From positions 1 to 57,183 of the forward strand of contig PMVV01000438.1 of NCBI GenBank assembly GCA_003166475.1: a DNA stretch of 57,183 nucleotides, written 5' to 3'. The notes below the pieces were generated by a model that saw only the letters and a program-made list of their open reading frames with translations, was not told where the DNA came from and searched no databases. Shown piece by piece: positions 24,702 through 33,440 of this stretch; the stretch's first letter is position 1, and each line of letters starts with the position of its first letter. This stretch comes from Bryobacterales bacterium (GTDB lineage Bacteria; Acidobacteriota; Terriglobia; Bryobacterales; Bryobacteraceae). Made by a program: the position numbers and the translations under genes.

Positions 24702-25366
24702 GCGCGCGGCAAAAACTTGCCTGGCTGGGGTGGTGCTTGGGGCAGGCTGCGTGGGTGGCGGCGGCCCAGTCTCCGCAGGAGGCGGCGCGTCAGGCCATGG
24801 AGGCCTCCATAGCCCGCCAGCGGCAGGCGGTGGCGGCCATGCAGATTCCCATCGAGAGGCAGCGCGCGGCGGTGGCGGCGGCGCGCGCGGACTCGGGCGG
24901 CGGCGGCGCGGCCGGACAGGCTCCCCCGGCGCCCTTCTTCACGCTTTCCTGGCCCGCCCTGGGCGTCGAATGCGATCCGTTGCCCGAGATCGAGCTGACT
25001 CCGCTGATCCAGCAGGCTGCCCAGCGCGAGGGATTGGACGCCAACCTGTTGCGGGCGGTCGCCCGGCAGGAGTCCGGATTCCGATCCTGCGCCGTTTCGC
25101 CAAAGGGCGCCATGGGACTGATGCAGTTGATGCCGGCCACGGCCCTGGAATTGGGCGTGCGCGATCCCTTCGATCCGGCCGAGAACCTGTCGTCCGGCGC
25201 CCACCTTCTGAAGCAACTGCTGGCGCGTTTTGGCGGCGACACGGCGCTGGCGCTGGGCGCTTACAATGCAGGACCAAACCGGGTGGAGGAGAGCGGCGGG
25301 GTGCCCCAGATTCCGGAGACCATCCGTTACGTGCAGCAGATTCTGAGCCGGCTTCCCATACCCTAA
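24698..25366 (+). CDS. Soluble lytic transglycosylase (SLT domain), exported
   Basis: The SLT catalytic region is ARQESGFRSCAVSPKGAMGLMQLMPATA...GAYNAGP. The ATGA start overlaps the csrA stop. Confidence 0.85.
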   Translation: MSARQKLAWLGWCLGQAAWVAAAQSPQEAARQAMEASIARQRQAVAAMQIPIERQRAAVAAARADSGGGGAAGQAPPAPFFTLSWPALGVECDPLPEIELTPLIQQAAQREGLDANLLRAVARQESGFRSCAVSPKGAMGLMQLMPATALELGVRDPFDPAENLSSGAHLLKQLLARFGGDTALALGAYNAGPNRVEESGGVPQIPETIRYVQQILSRLPIP

Positions 25367-25413
25367 ACAAGCGAAGGCCGCACATTCTCCGGCGCGCGCC
25401 CGATAAGATCGGC

Positions 25414-25803
25414 GTGGGAGCTTTTTGGGCAGACGCGGAAAATCTTTTCGAAACGGCTCGTCAAGCCTCCGGATCGCCGGATTGCGACTGGGCCATCCTG
25501 ATCGGCCCCCAAGGCGAAATCCGCATGCTGGACGCCGCCGGCTGGGCCCTCCCCAGTTTGCTGGCCCAGCATGGCGCGGAAACCGCGTATCGGATCACCC
25601 GGGAGGGCGGCCGCGTGTGCCTGGAAGGGCGCCGCGGATCCCAGACTTGCCAGCTCCGGAGCGAATCGCCGGCCGCCGCCGCCCGCCACCTGCTGGCCGG
25701 CCATCGTCTCCCGTCCACCGCCTGGTGCCCGCCCCGCCCCGCGTTGCCGGCGGAAGCCGCTCCCGCACCGCCTGCCGAGGAAACATGCAGAATGTTTGCA
25801 TGA
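25414..25803 (+). CDS. Hypothetical protein (weak call)
   Basis: GTG 25414 lies in the frame of ORF 24730..25803. The first about 85 aa look globular (AILIGPQGEIRMLDAAGWALPSLLAQHGAETAYRITREGGRVCLEG). I recognise no family. Confidence 0.3.
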   Translation: MGAFWADAENLFETARQASGSPDCDWAILIGPQGEIRMLDAAGWALPSLLAQHGAETAYRITREGGRVCLEGRRGSQTCQLRSESPAAAARHLLAGHRLPSTAWCPPRPALPAEAAPAPPAEETCRMFA

Positions 25804-25955
25804 TCGGACTGGACGCGCAAGAAGTCCAGTGGCTGCGCCTGGTGATCGCCTTGCTGCGGCACCCGGATCCGGTGGTGGGAGAAGTCGCCCGGGAAGCGCT
25901 GCGGTATCTGGAGGATGTTGCGGGCCGCGCGAATCAGTCGCGGCACACCGGCTGA
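25800..25955 (+). CDS. Hypothetical small protein (weak call)
   Basis: An ATGA overlap links it to the previous ORF. The 51-aa product is MIGLDAQEVQWLRLVIALLRHPDPVVGEVAREALRYLEDV. Confidence 0.25.
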   Translation: MIGLDAQEVQWLRLVIALLRHPDPVVGEVAREALRYLEDVAGRANQSRHTG

Positions 25956-26423
25956 CTGGATCGCAGCCGGTTCGCCGGCCGCGCCCGCAGGGGCGCGCAG
26001 ATGGCCGGCCCACCGGAAGGCGCTCGGGACCGTCTCGTGGAGCGCCAATACGACTTCTATCCGCTGGATGCCTGGTGGAGGCCTCCGCCGGGCACAGGCC
26101 GGTTCCGGGGCGTCCCCGACTTTCCGCTTTGCCGCCCGCACCGGGCTGCTAGGGGAAACGGAGCCATTGGCTGGCCAACCGGCATCCGCCTCAAAGCCAA
26201 ACCGAAATGCCTTCCGCCGGCGCCGCGATGCGCAAGACGGGGGATGCCGGCTGTTACAGCGCCAACCGGCCGGCGCGCGGCGCGGACAAAATGGGAACGG
26301 CCGCTGGATGCCCACCGCCAGATGGAAAGGCTCCGCGCTCCCGCCGCCGTGGGCCTCGCGGTTGCCGCTTAATAGCCCATTGGGAGGACGCCAGTCCCCT
26401 GCGGGCCGCCATCCCGGTTCCAT

Positions 26424-26864
26424 TCAATCGGCCTGGCGGTTCCACCGGGCCAGGAAAGACTCCGCGGCAACGCTCTCCGTTTCCCGGTCCTGCGCTCTGC
26501 GCCATTCCGCATGGCGGCGCTGTTCGAGTTTCTCCAGCAGACGGCACTGGCGCTGAGCTTCCAGCACCTTCTGTCTCTGCGCGGCCACCTGCCGTTCGGC
26601 TGCCGCCCGCCGCAGCGCCAGCGCCTGCAATTCCGCGATCAAGCGCTGGCGGTAGGCCGCCAGAGCCCAAAGGTCGCCCGCCTCGACCGCCGCAGACTGG
26701 CACACGGCCCCCTCCGCCCGGCTTTTCACCAGGCCGAGCCGGACCGCCGCCAACGCCATTTCCGCGAGGCCGGCCGTCCCTTGCCGCAGCTTGTCCCGTT
26801 CCAATTCCAGTTGCATGGTGCGCCATTCGAGGGCCCGGCGCAAGGAGAATTCGAAAGCCGGCAT
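26424..26864 (-). CDS. fliJ: Flagellar export chaperone FliJ
   Basis: 146-aa coiled-coil protein, rich in R, Q and E, directly downstream of fliI. Confidence 0.75.
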   Translation of the reverse strand: MPAFEFSLRRALEWRTMQLELERDKLRQGTAGLAEMALAAVRLGLVKSRAEGAVCQSAAVEAGDLWALAAYRQRLIAELQALALRRAAAERQVAAQRQKVLEAQRQCRLLEKLEQRRHAEWRRAQDRETESVAAESFLARWNRQAD

Positions 26865-26874
26865 ACAGCGCTCC

Positions 26875-28197
26875 TTAGCCCAGTGCGGCGGCTATCTGGG
26901 CGAGCCGGCCCAGAGTTTCCGCGCGGCTTGATTCCACACCCGGCGCCTGCTGCAGGAATTCCAGAATCTGCGGCCGCGCCCGAATGGCCGCGTCCAACTG
27001 CGGGTTCGAGCCGGAAACATAAGCGCCCAACTGGATCAGGTCCTCGGCCTGGCGATACACCGCCAGCGCCTGCCGGACGGCGCGGGCGTGCGCGCCCTGC
27101 GCGGGCGACGCCAATTGGGACTCCAGGCGGCTCACCGATTGCAGAATATCGATGGCCGGATAATGATTGGCGGCGGCCAGTTGCCGGGAGAGCACAATGT
27201 GCCCGTCCAGAATGGCCCGCGCGGCGTCGCAGATGGGCTCGCTGAAATCGTCCCCCTCCACCAGCACGGTGAAGAAACCGGTGATGGACCCGCGCGGGAA
27301 GTTGCCGGCTCTCTCGAAGACCCTGGGCAGCAGGGCGAACACCGATGGGGTGTACCCCTTCTGCGCCGGCGGTTCCCCGGCCGCCAAGCCGATCTCCCGC
27401 TGGGCCATGGCCAGCCGCGTGACCGAATCCATGACCAGCAGCACGTTGGCGCCCTGGTCGCGGAAGTACTCGGCGATCGCCAGGGAGGTGAAGCAGGCCC
27501 TCACCCGCAGCGGCGCGGGACGGTCCGAAGTAGCCACTACCACCACGGCCCGCCGCATTCCCTCCGCCCCCATCTCGTGCTCCAGGAAGGCGCGCACTTC
27601 GCGGTTGCGCTCCCCAACCAGCGCGATCACCGCGATATCCGCCGAGTGGTGGCGCGCCATGGAGCCCAACAGCGTGCTTTTGCCCACCCCGCTGCCGCCG
27701 AAGATGCCGATGCGCTGGCCCTGCCCCACCGGCAGCAGACTATCGACGGCGCGCAGTCCGGTCTCGAGCGGCCGGGTGATGTGCTCCCGGTCGAGCGGAC
27801 CCGGCGCGGCGCTATACAGGCTGTAAGCGGCGTGGGCCTCGATGCGCGGCCCGTGGTCGATAGGGTGGCCGAATCCATCGAGCACGCGGCCGGCCAGGGC
27901 GGGCCCCACGGCCACGCGCGCCGCGTCGGTGCGCGCCACCACGCGGTTGCCCAACTCGATGCCTCCGGTTTCCTCCAGGGGCATCGACAGCACGCGGCCG
28001 TCGCGGAAGCCGATCACCTGGCTGCGCACGCGCCGTCCGCCGGACGCCGAGATCTCGCAGAAGTCGCCGATGGCCGCCGCCGGACCCGCGGATTCGATCA
28101 GCAAACCGGCCATCTCCACCACTTCGCCCACGTGCAGCATGGGTTCGAGATCGTCGAGAGCCGCCAGGCAAGGGCTGAGGATGCCGTCCACCGTCAT
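26875..28197 (-). CDS. fliI: Flagellum-specific ATPase
   Basis: ATG 28197 lies within ORF 26875..28806. It has Walker A GGSGVGKST, Walker B LLVMDSVTR and a C-terminal FliI pattern. Confidence 0.95.
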   Translation of the reverse strand: MTVDGILSPCLAALDDLEPMLHVGEVVEMAGLLIESAGPAAAIGDFCEISASGGRRVRSQVIGFRDGRVLSMPLEETGGIELGNRVVARTDAARVAVGPALAGRVLDGFGHPIDHGPRIEAHAAYSLYSAAPGPLDREHITRPLETGLRAVDSLLPVGQGQRIGIFGGSGVGKSTLLGSMARHHSADIAVIALVGERNREVRAFLEHEMGAEGMRRAVVVVATSDRPAPLRVRACFTSLAIAEYFRDQGANVLLVMDSVTRLAMAQREIGLAAGEPPAQKGYTPSVFALLPRVFERAGNFPRGSITGFFTVLVEGDDFSEPICDAARAILDGHIVLSRQLAAANHYPAIDILQSVSRLESQLASPAQGAHARAVRQALAVYRQAEDLIQLGAYVSGSNPQLDAAIRARPQILEFLQQAPGVESSRAETLGRLAQIAAALG

Positions 28198-28859
28198 CTC
28201 TCCGGCAGGCGGTCGGCCAGCCCGCGCCCGATCTCGGAAAGCTGGGTTTCGATCGATGCGTCCAGCTTGCCGCGCGCCGTCTCGACCAGGATGGCGCCGC
28301 GCTCCAGGGTGGCGTCGGCGATCAAGGCGAGGCCGCCGCGGCCCTCGCGCTCGAGCGCCTGGCGGACGCCCGGCTCCAGCTCCGGATGGATGCGCAGGCG
28401 GCAGATCTCCTGCGCCGGCATTTTTTGCAGGGCGCTGGAGACCAGGCCCTCCAAAGCGCCGGGATCGACCGATAACTCGCGGTGCAGGATGCGGCGCGCG
28501 ATCCCCACCGACAGGCGCACCAGGTCGGCGGCGGCCTCGCTCACGATTTGCGGGCGCAACCCGGCGATTTCCTGGATGCCGCGCGCCAGCTTCTCCAGCG
28601 CCGGCTGCAACTGGGCGGCGGCCGCGGCGCGCCCCGCGGCTTCTCCCTCCCGGTGGCCGGTCTCGCGCGCCTCGCGCGCCTCGCGCGCGATCTGCTGTTC
28701 CAGTTGGGCGATGCGGCGGGCATCCCGCCCGGCTTGGCCGCCGGCGCCGCCGGCGCCGCCCGAAGCCGCGCCGGGCGCGTCGTCCGGTCCGGCCGCCGCG
28801 GGCCAACTCCAGCGCGGCACCGCGGCCCCCTCGGTGCCGCTCAAAATCTTAGACAACAT
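28194..28859 (-). CDS. fliH: Flagellar assembly protein FliH
   Basis: It lies between fliG and fliI. It has a charged coiled-coil N-terminal half and a FliH-type C-terminus. There is a 4-nt overlap with fliI. Confidence 0.75.
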   Translation of the reverse strand: MLSKILSGTEGAAVPRWSWPAAAGPDDAPGAASGGAGGAGGQAGRDARRIAQLEQQIAREAREARETGHREGEAAGRAAAAAQLQPALEKLARGIQEIAGLRPQIVSEAAADLVRLSVGIARRILHRELSVDPGALEGLVSSALQKMPAQEICRLRIHPELEPGVRQALEREGRGGLALIADATLERGAILVETARGKLDASIETQLSEIGRGLADRLPER

Positions 28860-29877
28860 ATTGTTCGCCGCCGGCGCCCTTCAGGTTGATGGTGCCGTCG
28901 CTCTCCAACTGCCGCACCACGCCGATGATCTGCTGCTGCGCGGCTTCGACCTCCTTGATCTTCACCGGGCCCATGGCGTCCATGTCTTCCAGCAGCATCT
29001 CGGCGCCGCGCTGCGAAAGACAGGCCACGAAGTGTTTGCGCACCTGTTCGCTGGTTCCCTTGAGCGCCAGCGTCAGAATCTTGCGGTCCACCTTGGTCAA
29101 GACCTCCTTGAGGCTGTTGCCTTCCAGCAGCAGCATGTCCTCGAAGACGAACATGAGGTGCCGGATGGTGTCGGCCAGCGCGGCATTCTCCTTCTCGATG
29201 GATTCCAGGATCTCCTTGCTGGCGCCCGATTCCAGGCGGTTGAACATCTCCGAGACCGCCCGTACGCCGCCATACGATTCCCGGCTGAAATCGCCCAGCG
29301 CCTGCAGTTTCTGTCCGATCACGGCGGCGATCTTGTGGATGATTTCGGGCGAGATCTGATCCAGGTGCGCCATGCGCAGCGCCACGTCCGCGCGAATCTG
29401 GGCGGGCAGCGAGAACAGCAGCGCGGCGGCCTGCGACGAGCTGAGGTGCGAGAGGATGAACGCGATGGTCTGGGGATGCTCGCTGTGGATGAATTTTGCC
29501 AGTTGCTGGGGGTCGGCTTTTTGCAGCGCGTCGAAGGCCGCCGTGTCGTTGCCCAGGGTCTTCACCAGCCGGTCCACCAGCTTGCGGGCGGTCTCCGGCC
29601 CGAAAGCGCTCATCAGCAACTTGCGGGCGTAGTCGATGCCGCCGCGGGAAACGTACTCCCGCGCCATGCACATCTGGTAGAACTCTTCGAGCACCGCCTC
29701 GCCTTCCTCGTTGGGGATGGTCGAGATGCGGGCCACCTCCCGCGAGACGCTTTGGATCTCTTCCTCGGACAACTCCCGCATGAGCTGCACGCTGGCTTCT
29801 TCGCCCAGCAGCACGATCAGCATGGCGGCCTTGCGCAAGCCGGAAATCAGCTCGTTACGCTTAATGTTGGCAATCAT
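28849..29877 (-). CDS. fliG: Flagellar motor switch protein FliG
   Basis: LRKAAMLIVLLGEE...MFVFEDM...LALKG pattern. The protein is 342 aa. Confidence 0.95.
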   Translation of the reverse strand: MIANIKRNELISGLRKAAMLIVLLGEEASVQLMRELSEEEIQSVSREVARISTIPNEEGEAVLEEFYQMCMAREYVSRGGIDYARKLLMSAFGPETARKLVDRLVKTLGNDTAAFDALQKADPQQLAKFIHSEHPQTIAFILSHLSSSQAAALLFSLPAQIRADVALRMAHLDQISPEIIHKIAAVIGQKLQALGDFSRESYGGVRAVSEMFNRLESGASKEILESIEKENAALADTIRHLMFVFEDMLLLEGNSLKEVLTKVDRKILTLALKGTSEQVRKHFVACLSQRGAEMLLEDMDAMGPVKIKEVEAAQQQIIGVVRQLESDGTINLKGAGGEQYVV

Positions 29878-29906
29878 CGCGTTGGGTTCCGGCCCGGCGG
29901 CCGCCT

Positions 29907-31592
29907 TCAGGCTTTTTCATGCAGCCATGTCCGCAGAATCTGCACCTGGACGACGGGGTCTTTCTTGAGGCTCTCCCGCAGGTACTTGGTTAACGCCTCT
30001 TTTTTCTTGGTGCCTTGGGTGGGCGTTTTGATGGCGTCGAGCGCCTCGGCTTCCAGGCGCGCCTGCGTCTCGGCCTGGTCGCCCAAGTGGGCCTGGATTT
30101 TCTTTTCCACGGAATCGCCGGCCACCGCGGGCGCGCTCTGGGCGCCCGGCGGCAAGGCCGTGCGCGCCGCGGCGGAGCCTGCCGGCCGGCGGCGGAGCAG
30201 GCGCAGCCCCACCCCCGCCAGCACCAGAAGAAGGATGGCGCCGCCGGCCGCGGCGCCCATTCCCCGGGGACTGCGCAGCCATGCCGACAGCGGGCTGGCG
30301 GGCGGCGCGGGCCCGGCAGCCGGGGCCGCCCCGGACGGGGGCTCGCTGCGCAGCGTGGCCTCGAACGGCAGCGTCTCCACGATCAATTGGTCGCCGCGAT
30401 CGACCTTCAGGCTGATGACTCCGGCCACCAGGTCGCGGATGGTCTTCAACTTCTCCGCCGAAGGCGGGACCAGGACCTGTTGCAGGTGCCCAGCTTTGCC
30501 TTCCCAGCGCACTTCCTGGTCCAGCAGCAGCGAGACCGAAATCCGCTTCAATTCGCCCTGCGGCAGCTTCACCCGGCGCACCACGCGGCTGGACTGGTAG
30601 TTGATTTCCTCGGTCCGCCGCGAGGCGGCGGAGTTCCCCCCGCCCGGGCGGGCCGGAGGACGGGGCAGATTGGAGGCCGTGCCCGGCACGCCTCCGGCCA
30701 TGGCCCCCGGCGCTACGTCCTCGCTCTTCTGCGAGCTGACCATGACCGAGCGGGCCGGATCGAAACTCTCTTCGCTCTGCTCGCCGCTCGAAAAATCGCA
30801 CTCCGCCGAAACCGTCGCCCGGAAGCGGTCGGCGCCCAACAGCGGCTCGAGGGTGGACTGGATCTTGGCCAACAGGCTCTTCTCCACCATTTCGCGGTAT
30901 TCGAGATTGGCTTCCGATCCCTCCAGCCCGTCGCCGCCGGCCGAACTGCGCGGGCGGTTGAGCAGGTTCCCTCGGGTGTCCACCACCGCGACGGATTCCG
31001 GCGCCAGACCCTCCACGGCGCTGGCCAGCAGGTTGCAGACGGCCATCACGTTTTGGGCCGAAAGCTGGGCGCCCGCGCGCAGCCCCAGCACCACGCTGGC
31101 CTTGGCCGGCTGGCGGGCCTCCAGGTAGACGGATTCCTTGGGGAAGGTCAGGTGCACGCGGGCCCGCTCCACTGCCGCCAGCGAGACGATGGAACGCTCC
31201 AACTCGCCCTCCAGGGCCCGGCGGTAGTTGACGTGTTCGGCGAAGTCGGTCAACCCGAAGCTGGTCTTGTCGAACAGTTCAAAGCCCATGCGGCCGCTTT
31301 TGGGCAAGCCTCCGGCGGCCAGTTGCAGGCGCAGTTCGGCCAGCCTCGCCGAGGGCGCCAGCACCGTCGAGCCGTTCTCGGAAAGCCGGAATTCCGTGCC
31401 GGTTTCCTTGAGCTTCTGGACCACCGCGCCGGCGTCCTCGGCGGCCAACCCGGTATAGAGCGGGCGGAAATCCGCCTCGCGCCGCCATTGCGCGAATCCG
31501 AATAGGGCGGCGGCTACCAGTACCGCGGCGGCCGCGATGCTGAATTTTTGCGCCATCGAGAGGCGCTCCAGAAGCTTTCTCATCTGTTCCAT
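29907..31592 (-). CDS. fliF: Flagellar MS-ring protein FliF
   Basis: 561 aa. It has an N-terminal TM segment, the RPLY...LRLQLAAGGLP region, and a second TM segment near the C-terminus. Confidence 0.9.
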   Translation of the reverse strand: MEQMRKLLERLSMAQKFSIAAAAVLVAAALFGFAQWRREADFRPLYTGLAAEDAGAVVQKLKETGTEFRLSENGSTVLAPSARLAELRLQLAAGGLPKSGRMGFELFDKTSFGLTDFAEHVNYRRALEGELERSIVSLAAVERARVHLTFPKESVYLEARQPAKASVVLGLRAGAQLSAQNVMAVCNLLASAVEGLAPESVAVVDTRGNLLNRPRSSAGGDGLEGSEANLEYREMVEKSLLAKIQSTLEPLLGADRFRATVSAECDFSSGEQSEESFDPARSVMVSSQKSEDVAPGAMAGGVPGTASNLPRPPARPGGGNSAASRRTEEINYQSSRVVRRVKLPQGELKRISVSLLLDQEVRWEGKAGHLQQVLVPPSAEKLKTIRDLVAGVISLKVDRGDQLIVETLPFEATLRSEPPSGAAPAAGPAPPASPLSAWLRSPRGMGAAAGGAILLLVLAGVGLRLLRRRPAGSAAARTALPPGAQSAPAVAGDSVEKKIQAHLGDQAETQARLEAEALDAIKTPTQGTKKKEALTKYLRESLKKDPVVQVQILRTWLHEKA

Positions 31593-31604
31593 GGCGGATC
31601 TCCG

Positions 31605-31913
31605 CTAGACCTGCATCTGCATGACCGCCTGATAGGCCGAGACAACCTTATTGCGGATCTGCAGGAACGTTTCAAAGGCCAATTCCGCGCGCTGCGTGGC
31701 CAGCGCCACGGTGTGCACTTCCTCGCCGTCGCCGGCCAGAAAGCGCTGCGCGGTTTGGGCCGCATCGCCGCGCAGCCGCTCGACGCCGCCGATGGCATTG
31801 GCCAGCAGCGACTGAAAATCGCCGACGCCGCCGGCCGGGCCGCCGGCGAGGGGCGCGCGCAGATCCGGCAAGGGCACGCCGCGAATGGGTGAAATCGGTG
31901 AAGACATAGGCAT
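31605..31913 (-). CDS. fliE: Flagellar hook-basal body complex protein FliE
   Basis: 102 aa. The C-terminus HTVALATQRAELAFETFLQIRNKVVSAYQAVMQMQV is characteristic. Confidence 0.85.
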   Translation of the reverse strand: MPMSSPISPIRGVPLPDLRAPLAGGPAGGVGDFQSLLANAIGGVERLRGDAAQTAQRFLAGDGEEVHTVALATQRAELAFETFLQIRNKVVSAYQAVMQMQV

Positions 31914-31923
31914 TTCCCGGCTT

Positions 31924-32352
31924 TCACTTGAACAGATCGATGGAACGCATGATCATGTCCTTGACCGCGGAGATGGCCGCCACATTGGCCTCGAAGCCGC
32001 GCGCCGCGCCGGTCAGGTCCACCATGTCTTCGGCCGGATTGAGGCGCGGATACGCCACGTAGCCGTCCGGGCCGGCGTCGGGATGGCCCGGCAAATAGCG
32101 CCGCTCCGGATCGCGCTGGTCCACGCTGACCTCCGCGACCGCCACCCCTTCGGCGAGATGCGACTCGAATAACGAAGCAAAAGAAGCGGCCATGGGCTGG
32201 GAGGCGAAGACCGCATCCTTGCGGCGGTAGGGGCCGCCCTCGGGAGTGCGCGTGGTTTCGGCGTTGGCCAGGTTCTCGACCAGCAACTCCGCGCGTGTGC
32301 GCTCGGCCGCCATGCCCGACGCGCTGACCGCCATGGCCGAAAACAGGCTCAT
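31924..32352 (-). CDS. flgC: Flagellar basal-body rod protein FlgC
   Basis: The N-terminus SASGMAAERTRAELLVENLANAETTRTP and the C-terminus VDLTGAARGFEANV are characteristic. Confidence 0.9.
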   Translation of the reverse strand: MSLFSAMAVSASGMAAERTRAELLVENLANAETTRTPEGGPYRRKDAVFASQPMAASFASLFESHLAEGVAVAEVSVDQRDPERRYLPGHPDAGPDGYVAYPRLNPAEDMVDLTGAARGFEANVAAISAVKDMIMRSIDLFK

Positions 32353-32687
32353 GAATTGCTCCCGCTCTGCAGCGCCGCCCGGATCGACTGCACCTCGCTG
32401 CGCACCAGGTTGGACGCCAGATTGAAACGCATATCGTTCTCCGCCAGCAGCCGGGACTCCCGGTCCAGGCTGACGTTGTTGCCGTCGTTCTTCGCCGGCA
32501 ATCCGGCGACTTCGAAGGATGCCGGGACCCCGCCGCCCAGAGCCGACCGGAACTCCGACTGGAAGTCGATGTCCTTGGTTTTATACCCGGGCGTGTCGGC
32601 ATTGGCGATATTGGAGGCCACCACCTTCTGGCGGGCGCTCAGCAGATCCATATATCGTTCCAAGGTGTCCGACAGACGGCTTAGCAT
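32349..32687 (-). CDS. flgB: Flagellar basal-body rod protein FlgB
   Basis: ARQKVVASNIANADTPGYKTKDIDF is present. It overlaps flgC by 4 nt. Confidence 0.9.
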   Translation of the reverse strand: MLSRLSDTLERYMDLLSARQKVVASNIANADTPGYKTKDIDFQSEFRSALGGGVPASFEVAGLPAKNDGNNVSLDRESRLLAENDMRFNLASNLVRSEVQSIRAALQSGSNS

Positions 32688-32701
32688 GCCACCTTCTTGC
32701 A

Positions 32702-32717
32702 GGCAACCGCAGTTCCA
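32702..32717 (-). promoter_or_regulatory. Candidate sigma-54 promoter (TGGAAC-N5-TTGCC) for the flgB operon
   Basis: The reverse complement reads TGGAACTGCGGTTGCC. The GG and GC are correctly spaced, but the site lies only 15 nt from the flgB ATG, so the leader would be very short. Confidence 0.3.
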
Positions 32718-32747
32718 CGGCTAAATGCCGCAGAATGAGCGGTGGAC

Positions 32748-32785
32748 AGGACCCGCGCCGCCAAGATCCCGCCGCCGGCGCAAGG
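32748..32785. promoter_or_regulatory. Inverted repeat CCGCCAAGATCC-N14-GGATCTTGGCGG
   Basis: Perfect 12-bp arms between the cheY stop and the flgB start. The same arm sequence forms an 18-bp palindrome at 42707. Confidence 0.6.
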
Positions 32786-32937
32786 ATCTTGGCGGCCGGT
32801 GCGGGCCCTTTGGCGGGCCAGGCGAGGCACAAGGCTAGGCACAAGGCTAGGCTGCGGCGTGGCCACTGCGCTTGGGATAGGCGCGCCATAGGGGAGGGGA
32901 GGCTGCCCCCTGGGGGCGGGTCCAGCCGGGCGGCGGG

Positions 32938-33309
32938 TCAAAGAATGGAGCCGATCTTTTCCTGGATTTGTTCGGCGGTGAAGGGCTTCCGGATATAGGC
33001 GGCCGAACCCAGCCGGATCGCCTGGCCGACCTTTTCTTCGCCGCCTTCGGTGGTGATCATCACCACCGGAAGGGACCGCCACTGTTCGTTGCCCTTCAAC
33101 TCCGCCAGCAGGCCCAGGCCGTCCAGGTTGGGCATATTGATGTCCGACAGGACCAGATTGAGGGGATGGTTCCGGACGATGTCCAGAGCTTCGAGGCCGT
33201 CGCGGGCCTCGAAGATCTCGCCGATCGCCAGGGCGGTTTGCCGCAGCACGCGGATTAGAATCTTCCGGATCGCGGTGGAATCGTCTACCACTAGAATGTT
33301 CAAAGCCAT
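32938..33309 (-). CDS. cheY: CheY-like single-domain response regulator
   Basis: ILVVDDS...VLSDINMPNLDG...MITTEG...YIRKPF. All REC signature residues are present. Confidence 0.9.
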   Translation of the reverse strand: MALNILVVDDSTAIRKILIRVLRQTALAIGEIFEARDGLEALDIVRNHPLNLVLSDINMPNLDGLGLLAELKGNEQWRSLPVVMITTEGGEEKVGQAIRLGSAAYIRKPFTAEQIQEKIGSIL

Positions 33310-33395
33310 ACTCCTTCTTACTATCGGTCCATTGCCGGGTTTCCTTTACGGCTGCGGCCGGCGGTTGCTCATCCGTTCTTTCCGCACCGGCGGCA

Positions 33396-33422
33396 TAAAG
33401 ATCCGCCAGGTTCCGCCGATAA
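33396..33422 (+). promoter_or_regulatory. Sigma-28 promoter upstream of cheX (TAAA-N15-GCCGATAA, perfect)
   Basis: TAAAGATCCGCCAGGTTCCGCCGATAA. It ends 18 nt before the cheX ATG. Confidence 0.7.
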
Positions 33423-33440
33423 GCATATGGGACACACGCC

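Noticed and set aside
25399-25406. CCCGATAA box downstream of the SLT gene.
   Set aside because: There is no TAAA-like -35 at 14-16 nt (the nearest TAAA is 31 nt away). The box lies only 7 nt from the candidate GTG.
25461-26423. 320-aa minus-strand ORF that would continue the fliJ operon.
   Set aside because: The product is dominated by Arg, Pro, Gly and Ala and has no flagellar or other motif. It overlaps the more protein-like plus-strand ORFs.
27088-30600. 1170-aa plus-strand ORF spanning fliI, fliH, fliG and fliF.
   Set aside because: It is antisense to four well-recognised flagellar genes. The product is Arg/Gly/Pro/Ala-rich with no motifs. This is a typical shadow ORF of high-GC DNA.
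32827-32852. The tandem AGGCACAAGGCT x2, which resembles a GGCAC...GC sigma-54 box.
   Set aside because: The GC element is off by one relative to GG-N10-GC spacing. The orientation is plus strand, with no downstream plus-strand gene.
33321-33348. Sigma-28-like TAAA-N16-ACCGATAG on the minus strand upstream of cheY.
   Set aside because: The -10 box ends only 11 nt before the cheY ATG and would place the transcription start site inside the AAGGAG ribosome-binding site. I kept it as doubtful only.
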